Shown: positions 1 through 10,164 of the stretch, piece by piece
How the letters are laid out: the number at the start of each line of letters is the position of its first letter
Numbering within the stretch: the first letter of the stretch is position 1
DNA from: Aquificaceae bacterium
GTDB taxonomy: Bacteria; Aquificota; Aquificia; Aquificales; Aquificaceae
DNA: 64,000 nt
Direction of reading: 5' to 3'
NCBI GenBank assembly: GCA_037925075.1
Contig: JAXSNR010000002.1
Span: forward strand, 352,001 to 416,000
Notes under the pieces: generated by a model
Told to the model about the DNA's origin: nothing
What the model saw: the letters and a program-made list of their open reading frames with translations, nothing else
The model's database searches: none
Made by a program: the position numbers and the translations under genes

Positions 1-1
1 C

Positions 2-328
2 CTTATAGCCCTTGCAAACCTGCTTTATATGGTCCTGCTTGGAAAAGAGGGTATGAGAGAAGTAGCCAAGCAGAGCCTTTCAAAAGCCTTATACCTAAAA
101 AGAAGGCTCCTTGAGTTGGGTTTTGAAGACCTATACAGTGGCAAGCACCTTTGGGAGTTTCCTTTAAAACATATCAAAAGTGAAGAACTCTATCAGAAGG
201 CTTTAAGGTCGGGTTTTCTTGCGGGTGTGCCCTTGGAAAAGTTTGGATACAAAAATACGCTTCTCTTCGCGGTTACAGAAAAAAGGACAAAGGAAGAGAT
301 GGACAGATTGGTTTCAGCTATGAGATGA
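2..328 (+). CDS. gcvPA: Glycine dehydrogenase (P protein) subunit 1, C-terminal part (5'-truncated by window)
   Basis: Open from window start; LLGKEGMREVA...LLFAVTEKRTKEEMD resembles GcvPA C-termini. Confidence 0.8.
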   Translation, partial: LIALANLLYMVLLGKEGMREVAKQSLSKALYLKRRLLELGFEDLYSGKHLWEFPLKHIKSEELYQKALRSGFLAGVPLEKFGYKNTLLFAVTEKRTKEEMDRLVSAMR

Positions 329-1865
329 TTTTCTTCTTTAGGTCTTCCAAAAGTAGATAAAAGACTGGCAGGCTTCCCAAAAGAGCCCAAAGGAAGGCAA
401 AAAACAGAGTGGAGCCAAAGGCATCGGAAAGAGCGTAGAGGTTTTGAAGCTGGTAGAACATCGCCCTTGCTTTTTCTTCAGACTGGTATGTAAATTCAGA
501 TAACCACTGAAGGGTTTGTTGTATGTGCATCTCTAACCAATGGTGGTTTTGTATCTCCGTGGTCCTTTGTAGGTTTTCCGCGGTAAGCTTTTGTAGGTCG
601 TTGGTGGCAAGGGCAGTGCCAAAGGAGCCTCCCACAAACCTGATGTAATGCATAAGGCTTACTCCAAGGGTGGTTTTGTCTCCGAGCCTTTTTAGAGCCA
701 TCTGGGTAACCGGTGCAAAGAAAAAGCCCATGCCTACACCCATGGCTACAAGGTAGAAGATTGCCACACCTTTTGGTGTAAAGTAGTTGAGCTTTGGCAA
801 AAGGAAAAAGGCCACAGAAAGGTAGAGCAAGGTGGCCACATACAGGGCAAGCCTTGGAGACTTCTTGTCGGAGATTATGCCAGCGATCGGAGAAAAAAAG
901 CCGATCATAAGTGCCATGGGTAAGATGGCAAGCCCTGCCTGAAGGGTTGTATAGCCCTTGAGTTTTTCAAAGTACAGAGGGATAAGGTAAAAAACCTGAT
1001 ACATGGAAAAGCCAAGCACAAAGCAATAAACCCAAAAGGCAACCACAAACTCCCTTATTCTGAAGATGGAAGGGTCTATAAGCTTGTTTTTGGAAAGCAG
1101 TTCAGAAAGGAGGAAAAGCAAAAAGGCAAAGGCGGACAAAAGGCTAAGGTGCAGTATATAATCGCTTGAAAACCAGCCCTCCTTTTGACCCCTTGAAAGC
1201 ACTATAAGAAGGCTGACAGTCGCCACCGATATAAAAAAGTAAGAAGCAAAGTTAAGCTTAAACCTGTGTGCTGGCTTGTAATCCTTTAGGAAAAAGAGGG
1301 CAAGAAGAAAGTTAAAAACTCCTATGGGTAGGTTTATGTAAAAGATCCATCTCCAATCTATATGCTCCGTTATCCAGCCTCCAAGGGTGGGACCCAAGGC
1401 GGGAGCAAAGCTCACACCCATGCCGTATATACCCATGGCAAACCCCCTTTTTTCTGGTGCGTAGGCGGAGAAAAGAAGGGCTTCCGCACTCACCACAATA
1501 AGGGATTCACCAAAGCCTTGCACCGTCCTTGAAGCTATCATCCACTCAAGGGACTGAGCCTGACCACAGAAGAAGGAGGCACCCGTAAACAGAAATAGAC
1601 CCAAAAGGAAAACCCTTTTGAGCCCTATCTTACCCTCTAACCATTCCACAAGCAAAATGGCGGTTGCGGCGGAGGTCATGTAGGCGGTGATAACCCATTG
1701 AACGCCGTAAAGGTCTGTGCTCAAGGGTGCCATCATCTTTGGAACCACTATATCCACTATGGTGGTGTCCAAGATTGCCATAAAGACACCTATCATCAAA
1801 GAAAAGGTAAGGATACCCCGCTCTAAGGATGTGAGGCTCTCATGAAAGGGCTTTTCTTGACTCAT
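318..1865 (-). CDS. emrB: DHA2 (EmrB/QacA) family MFS efflux permease
   Basis: FMAILDTTIV, WVITAY, GPTLGGWIT..WRWIFYINLPIG motifs; many hydrophobic segments. Confidence 0.9.
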   Translation of the reverse strand: MSQEKPFHESLTSLERGILTFSLMIGVFMAILDTTIVDIVVPKMMAPLSTDLYGVQWVITAYMTSAATAILLVEWLEGKIGLKRVFLLGLFLFTGASFFCGQAQSLEWMIASRTVQGFGESLIVVSAEALLFSAYAPEKRGFAMGIYGMGVSFAPALGPTLGGWITEHIDWRWIFYINLPIGVFNFLLALFFLKDYKPAHRFKLNFASYFFISVATVSLLIVLSRGQKEGWFSSDYILHLSLLSAFAFLLFLLSELLSKNKLIDPSIFRIREFVVAFWVYCFVLGFSMYQVFYLIPLYFEKLKGYTTLQAGLAILPMALMIGFFSPIAGIISDKKSPRLALYVATLLYLSVAFFLLPKLNYFTPKGVAIFYLVAMGVGMGFFFAPVTQMALKRLGDKTTLGVSLMHYIRFVGGSFGTALATNDLQKLTAENLQRTTEIQNHHWLEMHIQQTLQWLSEFTYQSEEKARAMFYQLQNLYALSDAFGSTLFFAFLWALLGSLPVFYLLLEDLKKKIIS

Positions 1866-2980
1866 TCCCTCTTTATCTCCACTCTCCCTCCCATTCCAAC
1901 CCTCAGAAGGCTTGTGTCTCCACTTGTTATCCTCACCTTTACCGGTATTCTCTGGACCACCTTGGTGAATTCACCAGCGGATACATCCCTTGGCACAAGG
2001 GCAAAGGTTGCCGCAGAGGCGGGGCTTATCTCCTCCACAACACCCTCAAGTACCACATCCTTATAGGCGTCAAGCCTTATGTAAGCCTTTGAGCCACGCC
2101 TTATTCCCCTTAGCCTTGTCTCCTCCAAAAGAGCCTCCACGTACAGAGAGCTTTGGTCTATTATGCTAAAGGCTGGCTGTCCCGCCTTTACCAAGTCCCC
2201 AGCACTTATAAACCTCTTTGCCACTATTCCATCCACAGGTGAGCGAAGCTCAGTCCTTTCAAGGTCAAGCTTAGCCTTTTGGACCTGTGCCTCAAGAGCC
2301 CTTATTTCACTTTCAAGGGCAAGTACTTGACTCCTTAGCTCCTGTGGTTTTATCCTTTCAAGCTCCATCCTTTTGTATTCTCCAAAAGCCTTTGAATACA
2401 CCGCTTGGAGTTCTTTTAGTTGGCTTTCAAGGGCTCCTTTCTTAAGGGATAAGCTTTTGTAAGCGGTATCCGCCTGCTCAAACCTCTGCCTTGGTATGAG
2501 GGCCTGCCTTAGAAGGTTTTCCATCCTGTCCCTGTCCCTTTTTGCTTGCTCAAGTTGGACCTCAAGCTCCTCTATCTGCCTTATAAGGGCTTGCTCCTTT
2601 GCTTTTATCTCATAAAGGGTATCCTTTGACACGCCAATGGCAAGCTCCACCTGACCCTCAGACCTCTTTAGCTGAAGCTCAAGGGCTTGCTTTTGGGCAA
2701 TAAGAGAAGACAGTTTGCTTTGCATGGCTTCTAACTGTAGCTTGTAATCTTCTGGCTCAACTCTTGCCAAAATCTCCCCTTTCCTTACTCTGTCTCCCAT
2801 GTCCTTATGGACTTCCAAGACCCTACCGCTTACTTCAAAGGCTATATTGCTCATCCTGTCCGCTTTTACAAAGACCGCATCGGTTATGGCGTACTCCATC
2901 CTATGCCTTATCCACCTGTAAGAAAGAAACCCAAAGACCAAAAGGAGAAGTAGTATTAAGACTATTCCCAGTCTCTTCAT
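1862..2980 (-). CDS. emrA: HlyD/EmrA family membrane fusion protein
   Basis: N-terminal TM, long coiled coil, GEFTKVVQRIPVKV motif; overlaps emrB. Confidence 0.9.
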   Translation of the reverse strand: MKRLGIVLILLLLLVFGFLSYRWIRHRMEYAITDAVFVKADRMSNIAFEVSGRVLEVHKDMGDRVRKGEILARVEPEDYKLQLEAMQSKLSSLIAQKQALELQLKRSEGQVELAIGVSKDTLYEIKAKEQALIRQIEELEVQLEQAKRDRDRMENLLRQALIPRQRFEQADTAYKSLSLKKGALESQLKELQAVYSKAFGEYKRMELERIKPQELRSQVLALESEIRALEAQVQKAKLDLERTELRSPVDGIVAKRFISAGDLVKAGQPAFSIIDQSSLYVEALLEETRLRGIRRGSKAYIRLDAYKDVVLEGVVEEISPASAATFALVPRDVSAGEFTKVVQRIPVKVRITSGDTSLLRVGMGGRVEIKRE

Positions 2981-4242
2981 AGAGCACCCGCTTCTTTGAG
3001 AAGTTCAAAGTAAGCCTCAAGAAGCTTGTAGTAGGCTATGACTTTGGACTTTAGGGCTTGGGTTTTGCTGGCTTCTGCCTGTAAAAGGTCTGCTCCGCTT
3101 ATTATCTGGTTTCTGTACTGTTCAAGGGATAGCCTGTAGTACTCCTCCGCAAGCTTTACAGACTCCTCAGAAACCCTAAGGTTGTCCTGTGCGGTTAAGA
3201 GGTTCTCATAAGCGGACTTTACCCTCAGGGCTATGCTTTGTTGTAGGTCTTTGAGGTCCTCTCTTGCCCCCCTTTCCTCTTGGGAGAGGGCTAAGGCGCT
3301 ATAATAAGTGCTCAAGGACTGAATACTTAGGCTTATCCCAGCACTGAATATAAAAAAGCCCTTTTGCGAGAAGGTGGGATTCTGGTCTGTGTAGTTGTAA
3401 AGGGCTTCCACAAAAACCTTTGGGTAAGCCTGTGAAAGCTCTGTTTTTCTCCTTGCCTGCAGGAGGGAGATTTTCTCCCTTAACGCCCTAAGGGCTGGTC
3501 TTTTCTCCATGGCGGTGTTTATCCACCCTTCTATGTTCTTTGTCTCCAGCTTTATGTCTATGGGCTTTAGGTCTTTTAGCCTTTCTTCCTCTATGCCCGT
3601 GAGCCTTGAGAGGTTGGCAAGGGCTATGCGGTAGCTTCCTTCCGCTTGTCTTAGGTCCCTCTGAACCTCCGCAAGCCTCACCTTTGCCTGTAGCACATCC
3701 GTTATGGCAACGAGCCCCTCCCTAAAAAAGGCTTCCCTTTGCCTAAGGTCTGCCTCTACCGCCTCCTTTTGCTTTTTTACCACCTCAAGAAGCTCCTCGG
3801 AAGAAAGCACGGACAGGTAAGCCTTTATAACCTCAAGCTTTACCTCAAGAAGGGTCTCCTCGTAATCCTCCTCCGCTATACTTAGCTGGCTTTTTGATAT
3901 CTCAAACCTTGAAGACCTAAAGCCTCCATCGTACAGGACCTGCCTTGCACCTATTTGAAAGGTTTGGTAGCTTCTCTTTGAACTTTTAAACTCGAGGGCT
4001 GAAAAGCCCCCAAAAGATGGTACTTTTATAGATTGCTCTTCGGACTGAAAAGAATAAGCGTATTTTGTAAAAAATTCAGGGTAGTAAAGCTGGGTGCTTG
4101 CCTTTAGGTTAAACTTGGCGGATTCTATGGCATGCCTTTTAGAGGATATTCTTGGGTTTTTCTCAAGGGCTGAGCTTATAAGCTCTTCAAGACCGATAGA
4201 AAAGGAAAGCTCAAATAAGATAAGAAGCAACATCAACCACAT
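2977..4242 (-). CDS. TolC family outer membrane efflux protein
   Basis: Signal peptide, two OEP-like repeats (DVLQAKVRL, DLLQAEAS); adjacent to emrAB. Confidence 0.88.
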   Translation of the reverse strand: MWLMLLLILFELSFSIGLEELISSALEKNPRISSKRHAIESAKFNLKASTQLYYPEFFTKYAYSFQSEEQSIKVPSFGGFSALEFKSSKRSYQTFQIGARQVLYDGGFRSSRFEISKSQLSIAEEDYEETLLEVKLEVIKAYLSVLSSEELLEVVKKQKEAVEADLRQREAFFREGLVAITDVLQAKVRLAEVQRDLRQAEGSYRIALANLSRLTGIEEERLKDLKPIDIKLETKNIEGWINTAMEKRPALRALREKISLLQARRKTELSQAYPKVFVEALYNYTDQNPTFSQKGFFIFSAGISLSIQSLSTYYSALALSQEERGAREDLKDLQQSIALRVKSAYENLLTAQDNLRVSEESVKLAEEYYRLSLEQYRNQIISGADLLQAEASKTQALKSKVIAYYKLLEAYFELLKEAGAL

Positions 4243-4808
4243 CTTAAGCCCCTAAATATAAGCTCAAGGCCTTCCTCCGCCTCCCTTAGGATTTCCTCAA
4301 GAGGTGTGTCCGTAAGCAACAGCTTTTCCATGTAGAGGAGCCTTATGTATCCCACTATAAGGTTAAGCAAGGTATCTATGCTTCCGCACATAAACTCTTT
4401 CCTTTCATAGCCCCTTTTTAACATCTCATAGAGCAAGCCCCTTATCTCCTCCATATGGAGGTGATGGAGTTTTCTAAACTCCTCCTTGCTACACATTAGC
4501 TCAAAGAAGAACACGTAGGCAATGTGTCTGTCTTCGTAGCATTCTACCAAAAAGTCCCTTATGTGTCCCACTATGGCTTCTTTTGCGGAAACATCCTTTT
4601 CAAGCCATCTTTTCATTATGTTTTTTGTCCTTTCCGCCATACGGTTTATAAGCTCTTCCATAAGCTGGTCTTTGCTCTTAAAGTAGAAGTAAAAGGCTCC
4701 CTTTGAAAGGCCTGCGTGTTTTACTATGTCCTCCACCGTGGTATGGCTGTAGCCCTTTTTGGAAAAAAGCTCCTTGGCGGACTGGATTATCCTCTCCTTT
4801 GTATTCAT
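4233..4808 (-). CDS. TetR/AcrR family transcriptional regulator
   Basis: TKERIIQSAKELFSKKGY...AGLSKGAFYFYFKSK HTH. Confidence 0.93.
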   Translation of the reverse strand: MNTKERIIQSAKELFSKKGYSHTTVEDIVKHAGLSKGAFYFYFKSKDQLMEELINRMAERTKNIMKRWLEKDVSAKEAIVGHIRDFLVECYEDRHIAYVFFFELMCSKEEFRKLHHLHMEEIRGLLYEMLKRGYERKEFMCGSIDTLLNLIVGYIRLLYMEKLLLTDTPLEEILREAEEGLELIFRGLRCG

Positions 4809-6016
4809 TTTGTGAGCCTTTCAAGTTTTGCAAGATTTGTATTGTAAAGATAAAGTAAAAAGTAGTAGTTTTGTAGGGTATCGTTGTAATTGCTTATGGC
4901 GTCAAGGACCTCAAGCTGTGTGGCAACGCCAAAGCGGTACCTTTCTGTGGAAAGCCTCAGGCTTTCCTTTGCGGACTCAAGGGAAAGCTCCAAGGCCCTT
5001 ATCTGAACCACAAGGGCGTCCAAGTCCAAAAGGCTTTTGTTAAGCTCCGCCTTTAGCCTTTGCTCCGTATCCCTTAGGTTTTCCACCTGCTTGAGAAGGT
5101 CTATCTTTGCCTGTGCTATATTTGCCTCACGGGCAAAGCCATCAAAGATGTTGTAGTTTAGCCTTGCACCAAAGGTGTATCCATCCACCATGCTTTCTTT
5201 GTTTCCTACCCTTGCGGTGTTTCCTTGATAGGTGGCAAAAAGGTCAAGGGTAGGGTAATACTGGGACCTTTGAAGCTCCACAATCCTTTGGGCTACCTCA
5301 AGGCTTCTTTTAGCAACCTTTAGGGTGCTGTTGTTTTCAAGGTTGTATTCTATCTTTTTTTGCTGTGTAAAGGTAAGCGTACCTTTTAGGTCAACCTCCC
5401 CTTCAAGCCTGATGAAGGCTTTGAAGTCCTCAAGGCTTTTTCCGTAGTCCGCCCTTGCCTGTTCAAGCTCAGCCCTTGCCTTTTCAAGCTGAGCCTTTGC
5501 CCTCATAAGCTCCACCTTTGGAACCACGCCCGCCTGAAGCTTCCCCTCCGTTAGCCTGTAGTTTTCCTCCCAATACTTTAAGTTTTCCTCAAGAAGCCTT
5601 ATAACTTCCTTCTTGTAAAGTAGTGCGTAAAAGAGCTGTTTTGTTTGAAACTCCACCTCCCTTTTTATGTCCTCATACACAAGGCTTTGAAGCTCCCTCT
5701 GTTCCCTTGCAAGCTTTAGCCCCTCAAAGACCGCACGGTTGAAAATAGCCTGGTCCAGTTCAAGGATGTAGCTGTGTCTGTTCTTTGGTGTAAAGCCGAT
5801 GGCAAGGTCTTCTCCAAGCCTTGTATAACTGTAAGAAAAACTCACACGCGGGAGTATCCCAGCACGGGCTTTTCTTATGTTTTCCTCCGCCTTCTGAAGG
5901 TCAAGGGTAGAAAGTCTAAGGGAGGTGTTGTTTTTTATGGCAAGGTCTAAGGCTTCCTCAAGACTTATGGCAAGGGCTAACTTCAGGCTAAGTAAAAAAA
6001 GCACGAAAAACCTCAT
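4805..6016 (-). CDS. TolC family outer membrane efflux protein
   Basis: Signal peptide, ISLEEALDLA, RYRFGVATQLEVLDA OEP motifs. Confidence 0.88.
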   Translation of the reverse strand: MRFFVLFLLSLKLALAISLEEALDLAIKNNTSLRLSTLDLQKAEENIRKARAGILPRVSFSYSYTRLGEDLAIGFTPKNRHSYILELDQAIFNRAVFEGLKLAREQRELQSLVYEDIKREVEFQTKQLFYALLYKKEVIRLLEENLKYWEENYRLTEGKLQAGVVPKVELMRAKAQLEKARAELEQARADYGKSLEDFKAFIRLEGEVDLKGTLTFTQQKKIEYNLENNSTLKVAKRSLEVAQRIVELQRSQYYPTLDLFATYQGNTARVGNKESMVDGYTFGARLNYNIFDGFAREANIAQAKIDLLKQVENLRDTEQRLKAELNKSLLDLDALVVQIRALELSLESAKESLRLSTERYRFGVATQLEVLDAISNYNDTLQNYYFLLYLYNTNLAKLERLTK

Positions 6017-7065
6017 CTTACCTCCACCTTTACACCTTGCTGAAGCACGTAAGCGTTTTCTAAGGCAATCTTCTCACCCTCTTTTAGATTTCCCTTCACA
6101 TACACCACTCCCTGCCCTTGCCTTATGACCTCCACCTGCACGGGCTCTGCGGTTCCCTCTTGGATCCTCCAAACCACCTTTTTGTTTCCTTGTATAACTA
6201 CCGCCTGCTCTGGTACCGCAAAGCCCCTTTCAACCTTAAGGAGTAGCTTGGCTTCTCCGTACATGCCGGGCTTTAGCTCTCCTTTTGGGTTTTGGAGCCT
6301 TGCCTTTATGATGATGAGCCTGTTTTGGTCTGCGGTGGGGGATACAAAAAACACCATGCCTTCAAAATCTCCAAAGGGCTCCACGCTTATCTTAACCTTT
6401 GAGCCTTCCTTTGCGTACGAAAGGTACTCCTGAGGCACTTGGAAAACAAACCTTATGGGGTCAAGGGTGACAAGCCTGAAGGTTTGACTTTGGGGTGTTA
6501 TGTAGTCTCCCACATTTACAAACCTCTGGGCTATGTAGCCAGAAAAGGGGGCTGTGAGGCTTGTCCTTTCAAGGTTTAGTCTTGCGTTGCTTACCTGTGC
6601 CTGAAGACTTTTTATAAGCTCCTCTTGGGCTTTGAGTTGAGATTGCAAGTTTTCAAACTCTTCCCTTGCGATGAGCTCCCTTTCAAAGAGAAACCGCCTT
6701 CTCTCTGCTATGGCCTTCATGTTTTCGTAGCTTACCCTCGCCTGAGCAAGCTGTGCGGAAAGCTGTCTTAGGACGTTTTCGTATTCCGTAGGGTCTATCT
6801 TTAAAAGAGCCTGCCCACCTTTTACAAAAGCCCCCTCATCCACAAAGACACCTAAAACCCTCCCGCTTACAAGAGGCTTTAAAAAAACATCCCTTTCACC
6901 TTCAAGGTAGCCCTTGGTTTGGTAGTAGATGGGCACCTCTTCCGCCTTTACCACATACGCACTTACCACCACCCTTTTCTCCTGTGGCTTTTGAAGCTTT
7001 TGGCTTTCCTTTTGACAGGAGAGTACAAGGGTTAAAGCTATCAAGGTATAAAAGAGCCTCCTCAT
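6013..7065 (-). CDS. RND efflux periplasmic adaptor (MFP) lipoprotein
   Basis: Lipobox LVLSC, APFSGYI, LKPGMYG; ATG 7065 preferred over 7077. Confidence 0.88.
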   Translation of the reverse strand: MRRLFYTLIALTLVLSCQKESQKLQKPQEKRVVVSAYVVKAEEVPIYYQTKGYLEGERDVFLKPLVSGRVLGVFVDEGAFVKGGQALLKIDPTEYENVLRQLSAQLAQARVSYENMKAIAERRRFLFERELIAREEFENLQSQLKAQEELIKSLQAQVSNARLNLERTSLTAPFSGYIAQRFVNVGDYITPQSQTFRLVTLDPIRFVFQVPQEYLSYAKEGSKVKISVEPFGDFEGMVFFVSPTADQNRLIIIKARLQNPKGELKPGMYGEAKLLLKVERGFAVPEQAVVIQGNKKVVWRIQEGTAEPVQVEVIRQGQGVVYVKGNLKEGEKIALENAYVLQQGVKVEVR

Positions 7066-7075
7066 GGTGGAAAAC

Positions 7076-7109
7076 ATTATAACATACCGACCAGTCGGTC
7101 GGTTATAAT
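7076..7109. promoter_or_regulatory. Palindromic divergent promoter / probable TetR operator
   Basis: ATTATAAC-AT-ACCGAC-CA-GTCGGT-CG-GTTATAAT; co-centred inverted repeats with a TATAAT on each strand. Confidence 0.75.
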
Positions 7110-7118
7110 ATACCTGCC

Positions 7119-10100
7119 ATGTATCGCTTTTTTATACACAGGCCTGTTACCTCTTGGATGTTCATGATAGCCTTTATAATACTTGGGCTTTACTCTCTGA
7201 GAGTGATTCCCCTTGATAGGCTTCCCGATGTGGATTTTCCCACTGTTAGCATAGTAACCACCTATCCTGGCGCCAACGCCTATGTGGTGGATGTGAACGT
7301 CACCAGAAGAATAGAAGACCAGATAACCACCATAAGCGGTATAGAAACCATCTCCTCCACAAGCTTTGCGGGCACCTCAAGGATAACCATAACCTTTTCC
7401 CTTGAAAAGGACATAGATGTGGCGGCCCAAGAGGTCAGAGATGCGGTGCAAAGGGTCCTCAGAAGGCTTCCTGAGGGCGTGGACCCACCGGTGGTAAGAA
7501 AGGTGGATACCTCATTGGCTCCCGTTTTTGTAACACTTCTTCATTCAAAGACCGCGGACTACCAGACCCTTGCCTACTGGGCGGACAAGGTAATAAAGAG
7601 GGAGTTTGAAAGAATAAATGGTGTGGGGCAGGTGGATTTAGGAGGCTTTAGGGACAATGTGCTCTGGGTTCGCCTTGATCCAGAAAGGCTTTACTCAAGG
7701 GGGCTTGCAATCCAAGAAGTGCTGGAGTCCATCAATAAAAACAACCTTGAAGCACCAACGGGTACCATATACGGTAAAGACAGGGAGTACATAATAAGGC
7801 TCTACAGCAAAGTAAGAGAGGCCAAGGACTTGGAGAAGGTGTACATAAAAAACGGAGTAAGGCTACAAGATGTGGGCTTTGTGGAGTTTACCGAGGACGA
7901 AAGGAGAGGCATGGCAAGGTTCATGGGAGAGCAAGCCATAGCCCTTGTGGTCTATAAGCAGTCCAAGACCAACACGGTTGAGGTGGTGGATGCGGTAAAG
8001 GCAAAGATGGAGGAGCTAAACAGACAGCTACCACCGGGTATAAGGATGGACTACACCTTTGACTCTTCCATCTTTGTAAAAGACAGCGTGAAGGCCGCCA
8101 TAGAGGAGATAATATTCGGCAGTCTTCTAACCGCTTTGGTGGTCTACTTCTTTCTTGGAAGTTTTAGGCTTACCCTTGTGCCCATCTTTGCCATACCCAT
8201 AACCCTTCTTGGTACAGTGTTTTTCATCTACCAGCTTGGAAACTCTCTCAACACCTTTACCCTTCTTGCCCTTGCGGTCGCCGTGGGCATAGTCATAGAC
8301 GACGCCATAGTGGTCCTTGAAAGCATATACAGAAGAAGGTACGAAGAGGGGCTAAAAGCCCTTGACGCTGGAGAAGAGGGAACAAGGATAGTCATCTTTG
8401 CCCTTTTGGCTTCCACCGCCTCTTTGGTTATAGTCTTTTTACCCATCATATTCCTAAAAGGTGTGGTAGGCAAGCTCTTTGGAAGCTTTGCCCTGACCCT
8501 TACTATAGCCATTGCCCTCTCTTACCTTGTGGCGGTGAGCTTTACACCCATGGCGGTTTCAAGGCTTGTGGCAGGCCCACCTTCTACCAACCCCTTTGTA
8601 AGGGCCTATGAAAGGTTTGAAGCCCTTTTTGACAGGCTTTTAAGGTGGTCTCTTGACCACAAGGCAATCGTTATAGCCCTTTCTCTCTTTAGCGTTTTTG
8701 TGGGCTTTCAGCTTTTTAGGGCAACCAAGAAGGAGTTTTTCCCCATAGTGGATGAGGGCAGGTTCCTTGTTAGGTTCGAAACGCCCGTGGGCTCTTCCTT
8801 TGAATACACAGAAAAGAAAACTCGGGAGATAGAGGCTATACTTCTTAAAAACCCCTATGTGGACCGCTTTGGCCTTGCTATGGGTCAGGGAGTGGCTGGA
8901 AGGCCAGATGTAAACGGAGGTCTTGGCTTTGTTTACCTAAAGGAGGGCAAAAGACCCCATCAGGCAAAGGTCATGGAGATGGTAAGAGAAGAGCTAAGAA
9001 AGGTAAAAGACGTAAGGGTCAGCATTGAGCCTCCTGGTATTGTGGGACCCGGTGGTGGAAGGCAGGTGGACCTTCAGTATGCCATAAGGGGACCTTCTCT
9101 TGAGGAGCTTCAGAGCGTAACCAACAGGATGGTCGCAGAGTTTAGAAATAGACCGGGTTATAGGGATGTGGATACGGACCTAAGGCTTAACGAGCCACAG
9201 GTGCAGATAAAAGTGAAAAGGGAAAAGCTTGGAGACCTTGGAGTAAGCGTAGAAGATATGGCAATCACCCTTAATGTGCTTTTTGGTAAGTTTCAGCTTG
9301 GCACTTATGAGCTTGGTGCGGAGAGCTACGACCTATATGTAAAAGCTCTGCCAGAGTTTGTGCAGAATTCGGAAAACCTAAAAAAGGTCTTTGTGAGAAA
9401 CTTCAAAGGAGAGCTTGTACCTTTGACGGAGCTTGTGGAAATGGAGGTAGCGACAGGCTACAAGGCAATAAACCGATACAACAGACAGTATTCCTTTACC
9501 TTCTTTTCTAACCTCTCGCCGGAAAAACCCTTGGCAAGTGCGGTGGCTGAGGTGGAAGGTTGGCTAAGGAAAAACCTCCCACCGGGCTACACCTTTGAAC
9601 CTGTAGGACAGGCAAGGGAGTTTAAAAGAGCCTTTCAGGGACTTGGCTTTGCCCTTATCTTTGCCCTTGTGGGTGTGTATATGGTGCTTGCGTCCCTCTT
9701 TGAAAGCTACAGGCATCCCTTTACAGTCCTTCTCATGGTACCCCTTGCGGTCGCTGGAGCCTTTGGGCTTTTGCTTTTGACAAACACCTCCCTAAGCGTC
9801 CCCTCCTACTTTGGAGTAATCCTCCTTGTGGGCATAATAGTGCGCGATGCGGTACTTTTCATTGAAAGGATAATACAGTTAAGGAAAGAGGGCATGCAAA
9901 CCCGTCAGGCTATCCTTCAGGCAAGAAGGGAAAGGCTAAGGCCAATCCTTATGACCACCTTTACCATAGTTTCAGCTTTGACTCCCGTTGCCCTTGGGCT
10001 TACCGCCGGGTCAGAACTTAGAAAGCCCCTCGCCCTCGCGGTAATAGGTGGCATATTCACAGGGCTTCCCTTGAGCCTTTTCCTACTTCCCGTCCTTTAT

Positions 10101-10151
10101 GAACTCTTTGACAAGTTAAGCCTCAGGAAGTATCATAATAGAAAAACCTAA
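7119..10151 (+). CDS. RND efflux permease (AcrB/AcrD/AcrF family)
   Basis: 1010 aa; FIHRPV, LPDVDFP, GIVIDDAIVVLE, RLRPILMTT motifs. Confidence 0.95.
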   Translation: MYRFFIHRPVTSWMFMIAFIILGLYSLRVIPLDRLPDVDFPTVSIVTTYPGANAYVVDVNVTRRIEDQITTISGIETISSTSFAGTSRITITFSLEKDIDVAAQEVRDAVQRVLRRLPEGVDPPVVRKVDTSLAPVFVTLLHSKTADYQTLAYWADKVIKREFERINGVGQVDLGGFRDNVLWVRLDPERLYSRGLAIQEVLESINKNNLEAPTGTIYGKDREYIIRLYSKVREAKDLEKVYIKNGVRLQDVGFVEFTEDERRGMARFMGEQAIALVVYKQSKTNTVEVVDAVKAKMEELNRQLPPGIRMDYTFDSSIFVKDSVKAAIEEIIFGSLLTALVVYFFLGSFRLTLVPIFAIPITLLGTVFFIYQLGNSLNTFTLLALAVAVGIVIDDAIVVLESIYRRRYEEGLKALDAGEEGTRIVIFALLASTASLVIVFLPIIFLKGVVGKLFGSFALTLTIAIALSYLVAVSFTPMAVSRLVAGPPSTNPFVRAYERFEALFDRLLRWSLDHKAIVIALSLFSVFVGFQLFRATKKEFFPIVDEGRFLVRFETPVGSSFEYTEKKTREIEAILLKNPYVDRFGLAMGQGVAGRPDVNGGLGFVYLKEGKRPHQAKVMEMVREELRKVKDVRVSIEPPGIVGPGGGRQVDLQYAIRGPSLEELQSVTNRMVAEFRNRPGYRDVDTDLRLNEPQVQIKVKREKLGDLGVSVEDMAITLNVLFGKFQLGTYELGAESYDLYVKALPEFVQNSENLKKVFVRNFKGELVPLTELVEMEVATGYKAINRYNRQYSFTFFSNLSPEKPLASAVAEVEGWLRKNLPPGYTFEPVGQAREFKRAFQGLGFALIFALVGVYMVLASLFESYRHPFTVLLMVPLAVAGAFGLLLLTNTSLSVPSYFGVILLVGIIVRDAVLFIERIIQLRKEGMQTRQAILQARRERLRPILMTTFTIVSALTPVALGLTAGSELRKPLALAVIGGIFTGLPLSLFLLPVLYELFDKLSLRKYHNRKT

Positions 10152-10164
10152 GGAGGTGAGAGCC

